From positions 119,655 through 183,654 of the forward strand of contig JAEOTP010000043.1 of NCBI GenBank assembly GCA_016839765.1: 64,000 nucleotides of DNA, given 5' to 3'. The position numbers were made by a program, and so were the translations under genes. Under the pieces are notes generated by a model. The model ran no database searches. It saw only the letters and a list, made by a program, of their open reading frames with translations, and was not told the DNA's origin. Below, one piece after another: positions 25,940 to 35,698 of the stretch. The DNA comes from Promethearchaeota archaeon. Lineage in GTDB: Archaea; Asgardarchaeota; Lokiarchaeia; Sigyniarchaeales; SOKP01. Within the stretch, counting starts at the first letter, position 1, and every line of letters begins with the position of its first letter.

Positions 25940-27343
25940 TTGAATGTGAGAAAATTGAGTGATTTAGAAGGTTTAACTCGGAATTTGTTAAAAAAGGGAA
26001 ATACTGATGAAGAGATTATTGAAAGATTGATCCAAGAATATATTGATTTTAAAATTATAGATGAGGATTTAGCTTCTAAATATGCAAAAGCAATTTTAGA
26101 AGAATGCAAAAAAAGCGATCTGAACTCTGTAGGTGATCCTTTTATAAAGGAATTATTGGAAATTAACATTTCTAATGTATCTGTGGGCAAACAGGGTGTT
26201 GGTTGTCGTGGTGCAGGGGATTTTTTTGTTCATAAATTAATAGCAGAGTTATCAGAAACCGAATATAAAGCATTTTTATCTCCAACTTCTTTAGATGATG
26301 CTGGTGCTGTTCGATTAAGTGACATTAAAGGATTTAGAAATGATTTATCTGATAAAGGGGATTTAATAATTGTTTCGAAAATGGAAGGAATACACTCACG
26401 CCTGAGTGATTTTCCTTTTATATGTGGTTTTCATGTAACTCGTGCTGCATTAAGAGATTTGTATGTGAAAGGAGCAAAACCAATTTCAATAATGATAGAC
26501 GCTCACTTAGGAGATGATGCTGATGTGAGTAAATTATTTGATTTTATGGCGGGAGTTTCTGCTGTCTCAGAATTAACGAAAGTACCCATAACAGCAGGAT
26601 CCACATTAAGAATAGGTGGAGATATGGTTATAGGGGATCGTTTTGTTGGTGGAATTGGGGCTGTGGGATTAACTAAAAGAATTTTAGCTAGGAGAAATAT
26701 AAAACCAGGAGATAGAATACTGATGACAGAAGGAGCAGGTGGAGGTACAATTACGACAACAGCTATTTACTCTGGAAATCATGAGGTTGTGAAAGAAACG
26801 CTAAATATTAAATTTTTAGAGGCTTGTGAATTTATTCTTGATTCTGAGCATGTTAAGGATATTCGTTCTATGTGTGATGTGACTAATGGAGGGTTAAGAG
26901 GAGATCTATATGAAATAAATTATGAAGCTAGATGCGGTGTTGTAGTATACGAAGATATAATCAAAAGATTAGTTAATTCTCACGTTCTGGATATGTTAAA
27001 TAAAGTAGGAGTAGATTATTTAGGAGTTTCTTTAGATGCTCTTCTAATTTATTGTCATGAAGATGCTAGTGAACTAATTATTTCTGATTTTAAAAAACGT
27101 AATATTCAATGTGCAGAAATTGGATATGTGGATAACTCAAATCAAGTTAATATTGTATATGAAAATAACATAAAGGAGGAAATTTTGCCAAGATTTCGTG
27201 AATCTGCTTATACTAAAATAAAACAAGAAATTGGAGAAGATTCTCCCAAACATAAAGAAGAGATGGAAAATCAGATCGAGGAGGCTGCATTGAAAGCCTT
27301 GGAAAAACGTAAAAAAATTATTGAATATATAAAAAAGATTTAA
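25940..27343 (+). CDS. AIR synthase-related (PurM/HypE/ThiL superfamily) protein
   Basis: GVGCRGAGDFFVH, DDAGAV, GIHSRLSDFPF, AALRDLYVKGA, DVTNGGLRGD. Confidence 0.85.
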   Translation: MNVRKLSDLEGLTRNLLKKGNTDEEIIERLIQEYIDFKIIDEDLASKYAKAILEECKKSDLNSVGDPFIKELLEINISNVSVGKQGVGCRGAGDFFVHKLIAELSETEYKAFLSPTSLDDAGAVRLSDIKGFRNDLSDKGDLIIVSKMEGIHSRLSDFPFICGFHVTRAALRDLYVKGAKPISIMIDAHLGDDADVSKLFDFMAGVSAVSELTKVPITAGSTLRIGGDMVIGDRFVGGIGAVGLTKRILARRNIKPGDRILMTEGAGGGTITTTAIYSGNHEVVKETLNIKFLEACEFILDSEHVKDIRSMCDVTNGGLRGDLYEINYEARCGVVVYEDIIKRLVNSHVLDMLNKVGVDYLGVSLDALLIYCHEDASELIISDFKKRNIQCAEIGYVDNSNQVNIVYENNIKEEILPRFRESAYTKIKQEIGEDSPKHKEEMENQIEEAALKALEKRKKIIEYIKKI

Positions 27344-27344
27344 C

Positions 27345-28175
27345 TTATTTATCTTCTAAATTTAGAATTTCATTCAAGGAACCTGACCTATATCCTTCCA
27401 AATCAATTGTAATATAATAAAAACCAAGCTTTTTAAATTTATTTGTGATTCTTTTAAAATTTTCATTATTTAATATAGTTGGTATATCTTTAGATAATAC
27501 TTCTATTCGAGCTAATTTTTCATCATGCAATCTAACTCGTAACTGCTTTAAATTAAATGTTTTTTTCAAGAATTTTTCTCCTTCTCTTATCATCTCTAAC
27601 TTTTCTTCATCAATAATTTGGTTATAGGGAATACGTGAAGAGAAACATGCCATTGAAGGTTTAGATTGCACTTCTAAATTGTAAAACTTTGATATTTCTC
27701 TGATTTCTTCCTTATTTATATTAAAATCAATATATGGGGTACAAATATTTAATTCTTGTAATGCTTGCATTCCTGGTCTATAATCTGACAGATCGTCAAT
27801 ATTTGAGCCATCTAGAATTATATCAAAATTTTTAGATTCTTTGATTTTAATAATGTCATTATATAAACCTGTTTTACAAATATAACATCTATTTTTGGGA
27901 TTATTTTTAAAAGTTCCATCAATTAAGGGGTCACGGTTAATAATAAGATGATTGATATTATAACTATTTGCAAATCTTTTTGCTTCTTCAATTTCTTCAT
28001 CAGGATAAAGAAGAGATTTTTCCGTGATAAGGAGTGTTTCTTTAGCATATTTCTCTGAAAGAAATGCTAAAAGGGAACTATCTACACCTCCTGAAAAAGC
28101 AACTATTACTTTTTTTCCTTCTAAAAAAGAAATTATACTCTTTAACTTTTTTTCCAACTTATTAGGTAAGTCCAA
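27345..28175 (-). CDS. larE: ATP-dependent sacrificial sulfur transferase LarE-like
   Basis: AFSGGVDS, NRCYICK, DGSN.DD..DYRPG, KPSMACFSSRIPY, GYRSGS. Confidence 0.88.
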   Translation of the reverse strand: MDLPNKLEKKLKSIISFLEGKKVIVAFSGGVDSSLLAFLSEKYAKETLLITEKSLLYPDEEIEEAKRFANSYNINHLIINRDPLIDGTFKNNPKNRCYICKTGLYNDIIKIKESKNFDIILDGSNIDDLSDYRPGMQALQELNICTPYIDFNINKEEIREISKFYNLEVQSKPSMACFSSRIPYNQIIDEEKLEMIREGEKFLKKTFNLKQLRVRLHDEKLARIEVLSKDIPTILNNENFKRITNKFKKLGFYYITIDLEGYRSGSLNEILNLEDK

Positions 28176-28343
28176 AGTTTTTCATAAATTATTTACATTA
28201 ATATCTAATAATGAAAATTATTGATCTATACTTATAAAAAAAGAAAAAAAGCATTAATACTCTAGCTCAAAATCCAAAGAATAAGATCATTATTCAGAAT
28301 CACTTTAACAAACTTTATATCTATTAGAACAATAAAAAATCTT

Positions 28344-28475
28344 ATGGAAAAAAAGAATATAATTATTATTAGTGTTGTTGCTTCTATAGTAGTAATCGTT
28401 GCTATAATTTTAATTCTTCTCTTTACTGTAGGTGGTCTTGGCGGCGGCGGGGGCGGCGGCACTATTTTTGGATAA
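28344..28475 (+). CDS. 43-aa single-TM microprotein with poly-Gly tail (not in ORF track)
   Basis: MEKKNIIIISVVASIVVIVAIILILLFTVGGLGGGGGGGTIFG*. Confidence 0.6.
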   Translation: MEKKNIIIISVVASIVVIVAIILILLFTVGGLGGGGGGGTIFG

Positions 28476-28639
28476 TGCTTAGTGAATAATAGTAAAGAAT
28501 TTTAATATTCGAGGAATTTATATGCCTACTAACGGATATATGATTAGTTCAATTTAGGAATTAATTCACATAGAGTAATCATTTTAATTTTAAATAATTC
28601 AATCAAGGTTCTCATTTAATTTTTAAAGCAAAGATTTAA

Positions 28640-28695
28640 ATATAGTATTTTTTTTATACTATATAATACATAGTATTGAATAAACACTATTCAAT
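28640..28695. promoter_or_regulatory. Two palindromes upstream of padR (candidate operators)
   Basis: ATATAGTAT-N7-ATACTATAT (28640-28664) and ATTGAATA-N5-TATTCAAT (28675-28695). Confidence 0.55.
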
Positions 28696-28732
28696 CAAAA
28701 ATTAAAAGAACTAATCAAAGAAGGATGTAAAA

Positions 28733-29251
28733 ATGATAAAACGTGTTAAAGGTTTTGATCCTGAATTTTTTGATTATGCGTCGAAATTTGAATCTGAAAT
28801 AAATAGAGGGATTTCAACCCTTTGCATTTTATCTATTATCAATCGGTATGGCAATGAAGGTGTACATGGGTATCAGATATCAAAAGACTTGCAGGAACAA
28901 ACGAGAGAAATATTAATAATTGAAGAGGGAACATTATATCCAATCTTAAGAAAATTAGAAGACGACGGTATAATAAAGGCTGAAAGGGAAAAAGTTGGGA
29001 GGAAACGGAAATTTTATTTTATGACAGAAAATGGAATAAAAGTATATAATTACTTATCAGGGTTTTTCTCTAAACTTACTGAAGCAATTGCACCTTTATT
29101 TGATGTAAATGTAAATTTAAAACTCGAAAAATATTTATATTGTCCAATGTGTGCAAATAAGATTGATTTAACTAGTGTAGAAGTCAATTTTTGTGATGTA
29201 TGTGGGCATAATATTAGTAAAGAATTAAAAGACCGAGGTTTTGAGAAATGA
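28733..29251 (+). CDS. PadR family regulator with C-terminal zinc ribbon
   Basis: HGYQI, EEGTLYPILRKLE, RKRKFY.MT..G; CPMC...CDVCG. Confidence 0.9.
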   Translation: MIKRVKGFDPEFFDYASKFESEINRGISTLCILSIINRYGNEGVHGYQISKDLQEQTREILIIEEGTLYPILRKLEDDGIIKAEREKVGRKRKFYFMTENGIKVYNYLSGFFSKLTEAIAPLFDVNVNLKLEKYLYCPMCANKIDLTSVEVNFCDVCGHNISKELKDRGFEK

Positions 29252-30237
29252 GTGAAAAAAATATGGATGATTTAGTGGGAGCCTATATTAAAGAAGTCAA
29301 GAAGGTCCTTCCAGAATGGTTAAAAAACAAAAAAGAACATAAAGAAATCTTAGCTGATCTTGAGGAACATATCTGGGAAAAAGCGAATGAGTTATCAGAT
29401 ACAGGGCAGGCTACAGAAGATTCTGTCCAAATGGCTATAGCTCATATGGGGACTCCAAAGAGTATAGCAAAAGAATATAAACGAAGAGGCACACCAAAAG
29501 TATATATTACGAAGGAAATGTGGCCACTTTACCTCAGGGTATTGACTATTGTATTTGCTGTTATAATCATAGTGAATATTATTGGTTTAATAATGAACAT
29601 TGTTTCTGGTACAACTGATTTGGGAGAATTAATAGGTGGTTTATTCTCAAGTATTCAAAGTGGATTATTTATTTCATTTGCAATCATTTCGATTATTTTT
29701 GTAGGGTTATCGATGGAGGGTTATTTCCCTGAAGATTTTAAGTCTAAAAAGCGGGCTGAAAAGGAACAAATCAGAGTTGAGGCGGGATTACCACCAAAAC
29801 CATTCATAAAACCCGTAGGTGAAATTATTGGTGGAGGGATCGGATTAGTTATTGGTATTTTATTTGTATTTCAGCCATTTCCTACCTACTTGTTTGAAGT
29901 TGAATTTCTTTTACTACTGCGTTTTTTTGGGATTTTTATGATTACCAGTGGCTCTCTAGATATAACGAGAGGCATTCTAGGAAATACTCAACCAAGTACC
30001 CATCAAGTAATACATATAATTAAAATAGGACTGAAATTAGGAATTATACCATTTTTGATTATCTTGATGAATCGTCCTGATATCTTTCCATGGTTTTCAG
30101 AACCATGGGTTCATATAGGAATTCCACCCGAATTTCTGGAACCTTATAGGATTGGTATGATCGCATTGATTGTATTCGTTACATTATTAAATCTCGATGA
30201 TATCTATAAAATTTGGAAAATTCAAAAATATAAATAA
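29248..30237 (+). CDS. PadR-associated membrane protein (N-terminal HAAS/DUF1700-like helical domain)
   Basis: YIKEVKKVLP...EILADLEEHI...MGTPKSIAKEY followed by several TM segments. Confidence 0.75.
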   Translation: MSEKNMDDLVGAYIKEVKKVLPEWLKNKKEHKEILADLEEHIWEKANELSDTGQATEDSVQMAIAHMGTPKSIAKEYKRRGTPKVYITKEMWPLYLRVLTIVFAVIIIVNIIGLIMNIVSGTTDLGELIGGLFSSIQSGLFISFAIISIIFVGLSMEGYFPEDFKSKKRAEKEQIRVEAGLPPKPFIKPVGEIIGGGIGLVIGILFVFQPFPTYLFEVEFLLLLRFFGIFMITSGSLDITRGILGNTQPSTHQVIHIIKIGLKLGIIPFLIILMNRPDIFPWFSEPWVHIGIPPEFLEPYRIGMIALIVFVTLLNLDDIYKIWKIQKYK

Positions 30238-30255
30238 ATCAATTTTTTTCTTTTT

Positions 30256-30993
30256 TTATTTTTCTATTTCTTTAATTTGATTTAGCATTATTAGGAGGCA
30301 TGGAATTGCCCAAACTAATGTGGCAAATAACATTATCCACTCGAGAAAAAATCTCGTGACTGAAGGTGGCGGACATAAATATAAAATCCCAGCTGTAATT
30401 GGACCTAATACCATATATATTCCTAAAAATCTAGGAATTCTTGTTTGATTGAGAAAAATGACAATACCAGAAAATAAAGCTCCAAAAATTAAACCCGTAA
30501 AAAGAGTAATTGAGAAAATCAAATGTAATTCTAATATTGTCGGGTGATCTACACTAAATACCCCAACACCAAAGAAACTTATTGAAGAAAGGATTAGAAA
30601 AAATAGACTGATATTGGTTAACCTTTTTATAGTTGAAAATGATACTTTCTTTGAAATCATATTATTTGGATTTAAATTGCTTTTTGTATGATTTATTAAA
30701 GTTCGTTTGATAAAGTAAGAATATATTGGAACTTGAAGAACTGCGGTTATCATGAAAGTAATATCTAATATGAATGGAGCAGGAGTATATCTAAATGATC
30801 CCAAATCACTTATGAAATTATCCCAAATATTATAGCCTCTTGGACCAAAATTAAAAGCAATTACTGTAGCAATAAGTAATCCTAATAAAAAAATGAATAA
30901 TGAACTTATTATACAAAATTTTACAGCTTTTTCATTTATAAATTTGTTATAAATCTTTTTAAATTTAATCATAGTCCGATTTAATTGACTCAT
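30256..30993 (-). CDS. DUF998-like membrane protein
   Basis: YNIWDNFISDLG, GVGVFS, LHLIFS, FLEW; about 6 TM. Confidence 0.7.
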   Translation of the reverse strand: MSQLNRTMIKFKKIYNKFINEKAVKFCIISSLFIFLLGLLIATVIAFNFGPRGYNIWDNFISDLGSFRYTPAPFILDITFMITAVLQVPIYSYFIKRTLINHTKSNLNPNNMISKKVSFSTIKRLTNISLFFLILSSISFFGVGVFSVDHPTILELHLIFSITLFTGLIFGALFSGIVIFLNQTRIPRFLGIYMVLGPITAGILYLCPPPSVTRFFLEWIMLFATLVWAIPCLLIMLNQIKEIEK

Positions 30994-31065
30994 TTACTAT
31001 TATAATTAATTTTAGGCTTTAAAATTGACTAAAAACTAAAATTAAAAAAAAAGAAAAGAAATATT

Positions 31066-32358
31066 TTAATATTCTTTTTTCAAATTCTGAAATTTATAAA
31101 TTTTATAGAAATTGCTAACCATTCCTATGATAATTCCTACTACTATTGCAATTATTACCCAGAAGTAAATAATATATGCTAAATTACTAGAGTCTAATGG
31201 TATGATTGGAACGGTACCACCTGAGAATAAAGAAATTGGAAAAATATGGGGTTTATCTATCAAGAAAAGAAACAAAGGAATATATCCCGCATTATAAATT
31301 GTTAATATTCCTAAAGTTATTTGTTGCCCGGTATAATTTCCAACTCCAGCAGCTAATCTAACAAGATTAAATAAACCACTTATAAAAATCAAAAGTCCAA
31401 ATAATTTAAGCCAATCAAGAAATTCTATATGAAATAAAACAATTTCAGCAAAGGGTTGTATTATTAAGAATAATCCGAAGATTATTCCACCAGCAGCACC
31501 AAAAATCAGTTGTCCTACTGTAACTGGTTGCTTTTTTTTTAATTCTCTTTTTGCTTTGGCAATTTCTTTTTTTTCTTCTCTTCGGCGTTTTGCTTTTTCT
31601 AATCTCTCTTCTCTACGTATTTTTGACTCTAATAACCTTTGTTCTCTGCGTAATTCTGCAGCTGCTAATCTTTCTTGCCTCAAAGCTTCAATTTCAGTTA
31701 ATTTATGTTCTGTTCTAGCTCGAGATTCAGCAATTATAACTTTAGCTCTTTCTCTGGATTGTTCAAGACTTTCTTTAGTATACTCTTTAGTTTCTTGTAA
31801 TTCCCGTTCTGAGAGATGAAATGGAAAAACTAAAGCAAGCCTAGATGGTATAACTCCAAAATCTTCAGGAAGAAACCCCTGCATAGAAAAAAATACAAAA
31901 ACTATAGTTATTACGACTGCTGTGATTAAACAACCAATCCAAATACCAGTAAACATACCTCCTAAGGTTTCCAACCACATCCCGGGTTGGAAGATAAACT
32001 TAAAAATGGCAATTATTATATTTATAATAAGCACTACAGCAAAAAAGAAGAACATTGTTCTTAAATAGAATTCAAAAAGTTCTTCAGTTATATATAGTTT
32101 TGGAGTACCACGTTTTTTGTAAATCCTAGCAATACTCTCAGGAGAGCCAATTTGTATTAATGCTTGTTGAATATCTGCCGCAGTTGGGTCTTCACCACCA
32201 GCAATATTTATTGCTTCATTTAAAATTTGATTATTTAGATCATCTAATATCAGTCTGACTTCTTCTTTTTTTGGTTTTAACCATTCTGGTAATTTCTTTC
32301 TTACTTGTTCAAGATAATTATTAATCATTTCATTTTCCGAATAACTCATATTTATCAA
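31066..32358 (-). CDS. Paralogue of the PadR-associated membrane protein with a coiled-coil insertion
   Basis: YLEQVRKKLPEWLK, GSPESIARIYKKRGTPKLYIT, SMQGFLPEDF shared with 29248..30237. Confidence 0.8.
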   Translation of the reverse strand: MINMSYSENEMINNYLEQVRKKLPEWLKPKKEEVRLILDDLNNQILNEAINIAGGEDPTAADIQQALIQIGSPESIARIYKKRGTPKLYITEELFEFYLRTMFFFFAVVLIINIIIAIFKFIFQPGMWLETLGGMFTGIWIGCLITAVVITIVFVFFSMQGFLPEDFGVIPSRLALVFPFHLSERELQETKEYTKESLEQSRERAKVIIAESRARTEHKLTEIEALRQERLAAAELRREQRLLESKIRREERLEKAKRRREEKKEIAKAKRELKKKQPVTVGQLIFGAAGGIIFGLFLIIQPFAEIVLFHIEFLDWLKLFGLLIFISGLFNLVRLAAGVGNYTGQQITLGILTIYNAGYIPLFLFLIDKPHIFPISLFSGGTVPIIPLDSSNLAYIIYFWVIIAIVVGIIIGMVSNFYKIYKFQNLKKEY

Positions 32359-32535
32359 CTTTAAAATTAATTTTTCCTTAAGGAAATGAGTTTCCCTTTA
32401 TAATAAAAAATAATTCAAATAGTTTATTAAAAAAATTGGAGACCAATTTTCGATATTATCTTTAATTGGAAGTATGGTATTTATAAAAATCCAAAATATA
32501 ATATATGATAATAAAAAAGCATTTTTTCTTAAGAT

Positions 32536-33963
32536 TTGACTAAAAACCCAATGGATTCTCAAGAAATTAGGAATCGTAGAAAATTTGGAATGCATTTAAC
32601 ATCAAAAGACATATTTTATAAATACATCTATCCTGAAATAAAACAAGATTTCAATAACTATATTTGGGTTGATCTTTATGCTGGTGAAGGAAATTTAATT
32701 TTACCAATCTTAAATTTTATCTCTCAAAATGAGAGAAAATATTTTTTCTTAAATCATATCTTTTTATTTGATATACAAAAAGAAATGGTTAATAGATGTA
32801 TTAAAAATGCTGAATCTTATGGAATATCTGAGGTAATTGCAAAACAAAATATTTTGATTAGGGACAATCTTGAAAGTTTTCCAGAATTTCTAAAACAAAA
32901 GAATTTTCCAGTCTACCATATAACTAATCCACCATATCTTTATTTGGGATACATCAAAAAGCATTCTGAAACTCAAAAACTACTCCATTATTTTAAAAAG
33001 GATAATAATGGTTATCAAGATCTATATCAAATTGCTATGCTAAATGATTTAAGAAGCGGAATTGAAGATCTGGTTTATATTATTCCTTCAAACTTTTTAT
33101 ATGGGGCTTCAGTATCCAATAAATTCAGATTAGATTTCTTGAGGCACTATAAAATTCTTAAGATGATTATTTTTGAGACTAAAATATTTGAATTCACCGG
33201 TACAAACATATGTATTGGTTTTTTTAAAAAAAGGAAAAAACCTAAGATAAAAGATTTGAAATTTTCAGGTATGAAAATAAAAAAGCAAAATGAAATTTCT
33301 CATAAAGAATACATCTTAAAATTCCAATATAAATATAGAGCCGGTTATGAATTTGATGAATTTTTAAAGAACTATCGTACAAGCTATCCCTTAAAAGTGA
33401 ATTATTATCTCTTAAAGGATAAAGTGTTAAAAAATTTAGGGAGTAGCGAAATTGACGTAATTGATGCTAATCAATATATCAATAATAAGTATAAAAAGTT
33501 AAAGCTCAAAGTTAATGAAAAATTGAAACAAAAATTAGAATCAAACATATTATATATAAGGACTGTTGATACAGGTTCAAATCATGGGAGAGTTGGTTTA
33601 GGAATCATTAAAGCTGATTTTAATGTTAATGGAATTCTAGTATCTGGAAATACTTATCGAACCCATCCAATTCAAATATTTTTTGAGCCCCAGCTTTCAT
33701 TAGAAGATCAGATTTTAATTAAAGATTATTTCAATTTTATTTTAGAATTATTTAGAGACCATCTGGACAGTGAATTTCTTACTACCTATAAGTATTCAAA
33801 CGCAGATTATACAAGAAAGTATTTAGGATTGACTCAAACAAGAAAATTAATTGAAACCTTCCCATATAAAAATTTAACAGCTGACAAAAAAGAAAGTTTG
33901 AGAAAATCCATAAAAAACAAACAATTTAATGAAATTTTGAAAATATTAACTCTTTTTAACTAA
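32536..33963 (+). CDS. N6-adenine DNA methyltransferase (gamma order), orphan; true start probably 32551
   Basis: VDLYAGEGNL (motif I) followed by ITNPPY (motif IV), YIIPSNFL. Confidence 0.8.
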   Translation: MTKNPMDSQEIRNRRKFGMHLTSKDIFYKYIYPEIKQDFNNYIWVDLYAGEGNLILPILNFISQNERKYFFLNHIFLFDIQKEMVNRCIKNAESYGISEVIAKQNILIRDNLESFPEFLKQKNFPVYHITNPPYLYLGYIKKHSETQKLLHYFKKDNNGYQDLYQIAMLNDLRSGIEDLVYIIPSNFLYGASVSNKFRLDFLRHYKILKMIIFETKIFEFTGTNICIGFFKKRKKPKIKDLKFSGMKIKKQNEISHKEYILKFQYKYRAGYEFDEFLKNYRTSYPLKVNYYLLKDKVLKNLGSSEIDVIDANQYINNKYKKLKLKVNEKLKQKLESNILYIRTVDTGSNHGRVGLGIIKADFNVNGILVSGNTYRTHPIQIFFEPQLSLEDQILIKDYFNFILELFRDHLDSEFLTTYKYSNADYTRKYLGLTQTRKLIETFPYKNLTADKKESLRKSIKNKQFNEILKILTLFN

Positions 33964-34837
33964 TCTTTATGCTAGCAAGCAAGAAAGCTATTAACCCTAA
34001 AAATGCCCCAATTTTTAGAAGTAAACTAATTTTTTTGAAGCTCTCTTTAGTTAGTTTAGAAGAAATCATTAGTAGTACAGCATATCCCACATCAACTAAT
34101 CCAAAAATTATTGAAATCAAAAACAAAATGGGATTAATAATTGGAGTAAAATATGGCAGAATAAAAAATATTATTGCAGTGAGTGAAAAAACAACAGCAA
34201 TTATTGCAGATTTTTTAAGACCAATTCTAATTGCCAAGGTTTTGACGTTTTGCTCTTTATCTCCTTCAATATCTTCACATCCTTTTATGACTTCGCGTGA
34301 TAGGAGTAAAAAAAATGAAGTTATAAAGAAGTAATAAATGTAAGGGGGAATAATTGAATTATTTAATATAGCTCCATAAATTAATCCAATAGAGAAAGAA
34401 ATACTAACGATAATGTTTCCAAGAAAACCGCTTTTCTTTCCCCATTTTGCATAGACCCATCCAATAAATCCAAAGAATACAGCAAGGATGATATTTAGAA
34501 ATCCAATATTAAAGAAAAAACTATGAAAGATAGCTAATCCTACACCTATTCCATAAGTCGTTAAAAAAATTATTTTTGCTTGCTTTATAGTAATTCTCCC
34601 GCTTGGAATTGGCCTTTCTGGACGATTTATTTTATCTATTTCAAGATCATATATATCGTTAATAACCATCCCTGAGCCAGCAACAAAAAAGTAAGTGATT
34701 ACTCCAAGAATTATATTTATTATAACAAGATAAGCTGATATATTAGTTCTTGTATTTAATATACCAATTATAACCGTTAAACTTCCCATAATATCATTTA
34801 TTGGGCGGAGTATTTCAATTATATCCTTGATTTTCAT
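33956..34837 (-). CDS. Digeranylgeranylglyceryl phosphate synthase (UbiA family)
   Basis: INDIYDLEIDKINRPERPIPSGRI, REVIKGCEDIEGD; next to GGGPS. Confidence 0.88.
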   Translation of the reverse strand: MKIKDIIEILRPINDIMGSLTVIIGILNTRTNISAYLVIINIILGVITYFFVAGSGMVINDIYDLEIDKINRPERPIPSGRITIKQAKIIFLTTYGIGVGLAIFHSFFFNIGFLNIILAVFFGFIGWVYAKWGKKSGFLGNIIVSISFSIGLIYGAILNNSIIPPYIYYFFITSFFLLLSREVIKGCEDIEGDKEQNVKTLAIRIGLKKSAIIAVVFSLTAIIFFILPYFTPIINPILFLISIIFGLVDVGYAVLLMISSKLTKESFKKISLLLKIGAFLGLIAFLLASIKIS

Positions 34838-34860
34838 TCCAGGTATAACCTTCTTAAAAT

Positions 34861-35688
34861 TTATTTTAATGGGTAACTCTTTTTACAGTTTTTAGCTGTA
34901 TCCTTAATCTCATCGATTATAGTTTTTAATGAAGAACCATTATCTTTTAAAATATGGTTCTCTAAATATGTACCCATTACTATGATGCCCGCTCCTGCTT
35001 CAACAAAATCTCTAGCAACATCTTCAGTAGTAACTCCTCCTCCCGCCATGATAGGAATATTTAACATATTAGAACAGAGACGAATAGTTTCTGAAGGTAT
35101 TCTTTCACATCCAGAACCAGCTTCTAAATAGAGTAATTTAAAGCCTATCATTTCTGCTGCTAAGGCGTAAGCTGCTGTTAACTTTGGTTTATTTCTGGGA
35201 AGCAATTTAGCTCTTCCAATCCATCCAGCAGTTCCTCCAGGTTCAATTATTAAATAAGCAGTTGAGATAGGTTCAATATTTAATACCCTAATTGTATAGG
35301 AAGCAAGTGCTTGACTTCCAATAATATTATTTGGATCCTCAGAATTTAAAAGAGACATAAACAAAATAGCATCTGCTTCTTTAGAGATATTACTTATTCC
35401 ACCAGGAAATAAAATTATTGGTAAGTCGATTTTTTCTTTTATTGCAATAATTGTATCATCAACAAAACGCTGATCAAAAACAGTACTTCCTCCAATGAGA
35501 ATTGCGTCAGTACCTGCTTCGTGAGCACATTCTGCCATTTTAGCTGCTTTTTTTGGATGTTGTTTAACTGGATCAGGATCAATTAAAGAAAAGTGTAAAG
35601 CACCTTCTTTATTGATTTTATTTATAAGATGTTCATAGGTGCTCATCTCTAAAGATTTACTTGTCAAAATATCAGCCATATAATTCAC
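34861..35688 (-). CDS. Geranylgeranylglyceryl phosphate synthase (group II)
   Basis: HFSLIDPD, ILIGGST, LFMSLLNS, YLEAGSG. Confidence 0.92.
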   Translation of the reverse strand: MNYMADILTSKSLEMSTYEHLINKINKEGALHFSLIDPDPVKQHPKKAAKMAECAHEAGTDAILIGGSTVFDQRFVDDTIIAIKEKIDLPIILFPGGISNISKEADAILFMSLLNSEDPNNIIGSQALASYTIRVLNIEPISTAYLIIEPGGTAGWIGRAKLLPRNKPKLTAAYALAAEMIGFKLLYLEAGSGCERIPSETIRLCSNMLNIPIMAGGGVTTEDVARDFVEAGAGIIVMGTYLENHILKDNGSSLKTIIDEIKDTAKNCKKSYPLK

Positions 35689-35698
35689 TTTTTAATAA

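Noticed and set aside
28262-28462. Poly-Pro ORF (MPPPPPPPRPP), superficially like an actin-regulator motif
   Set aside because: Antisense of the more plausible TM/poly-Gly ORF at 28344..28475
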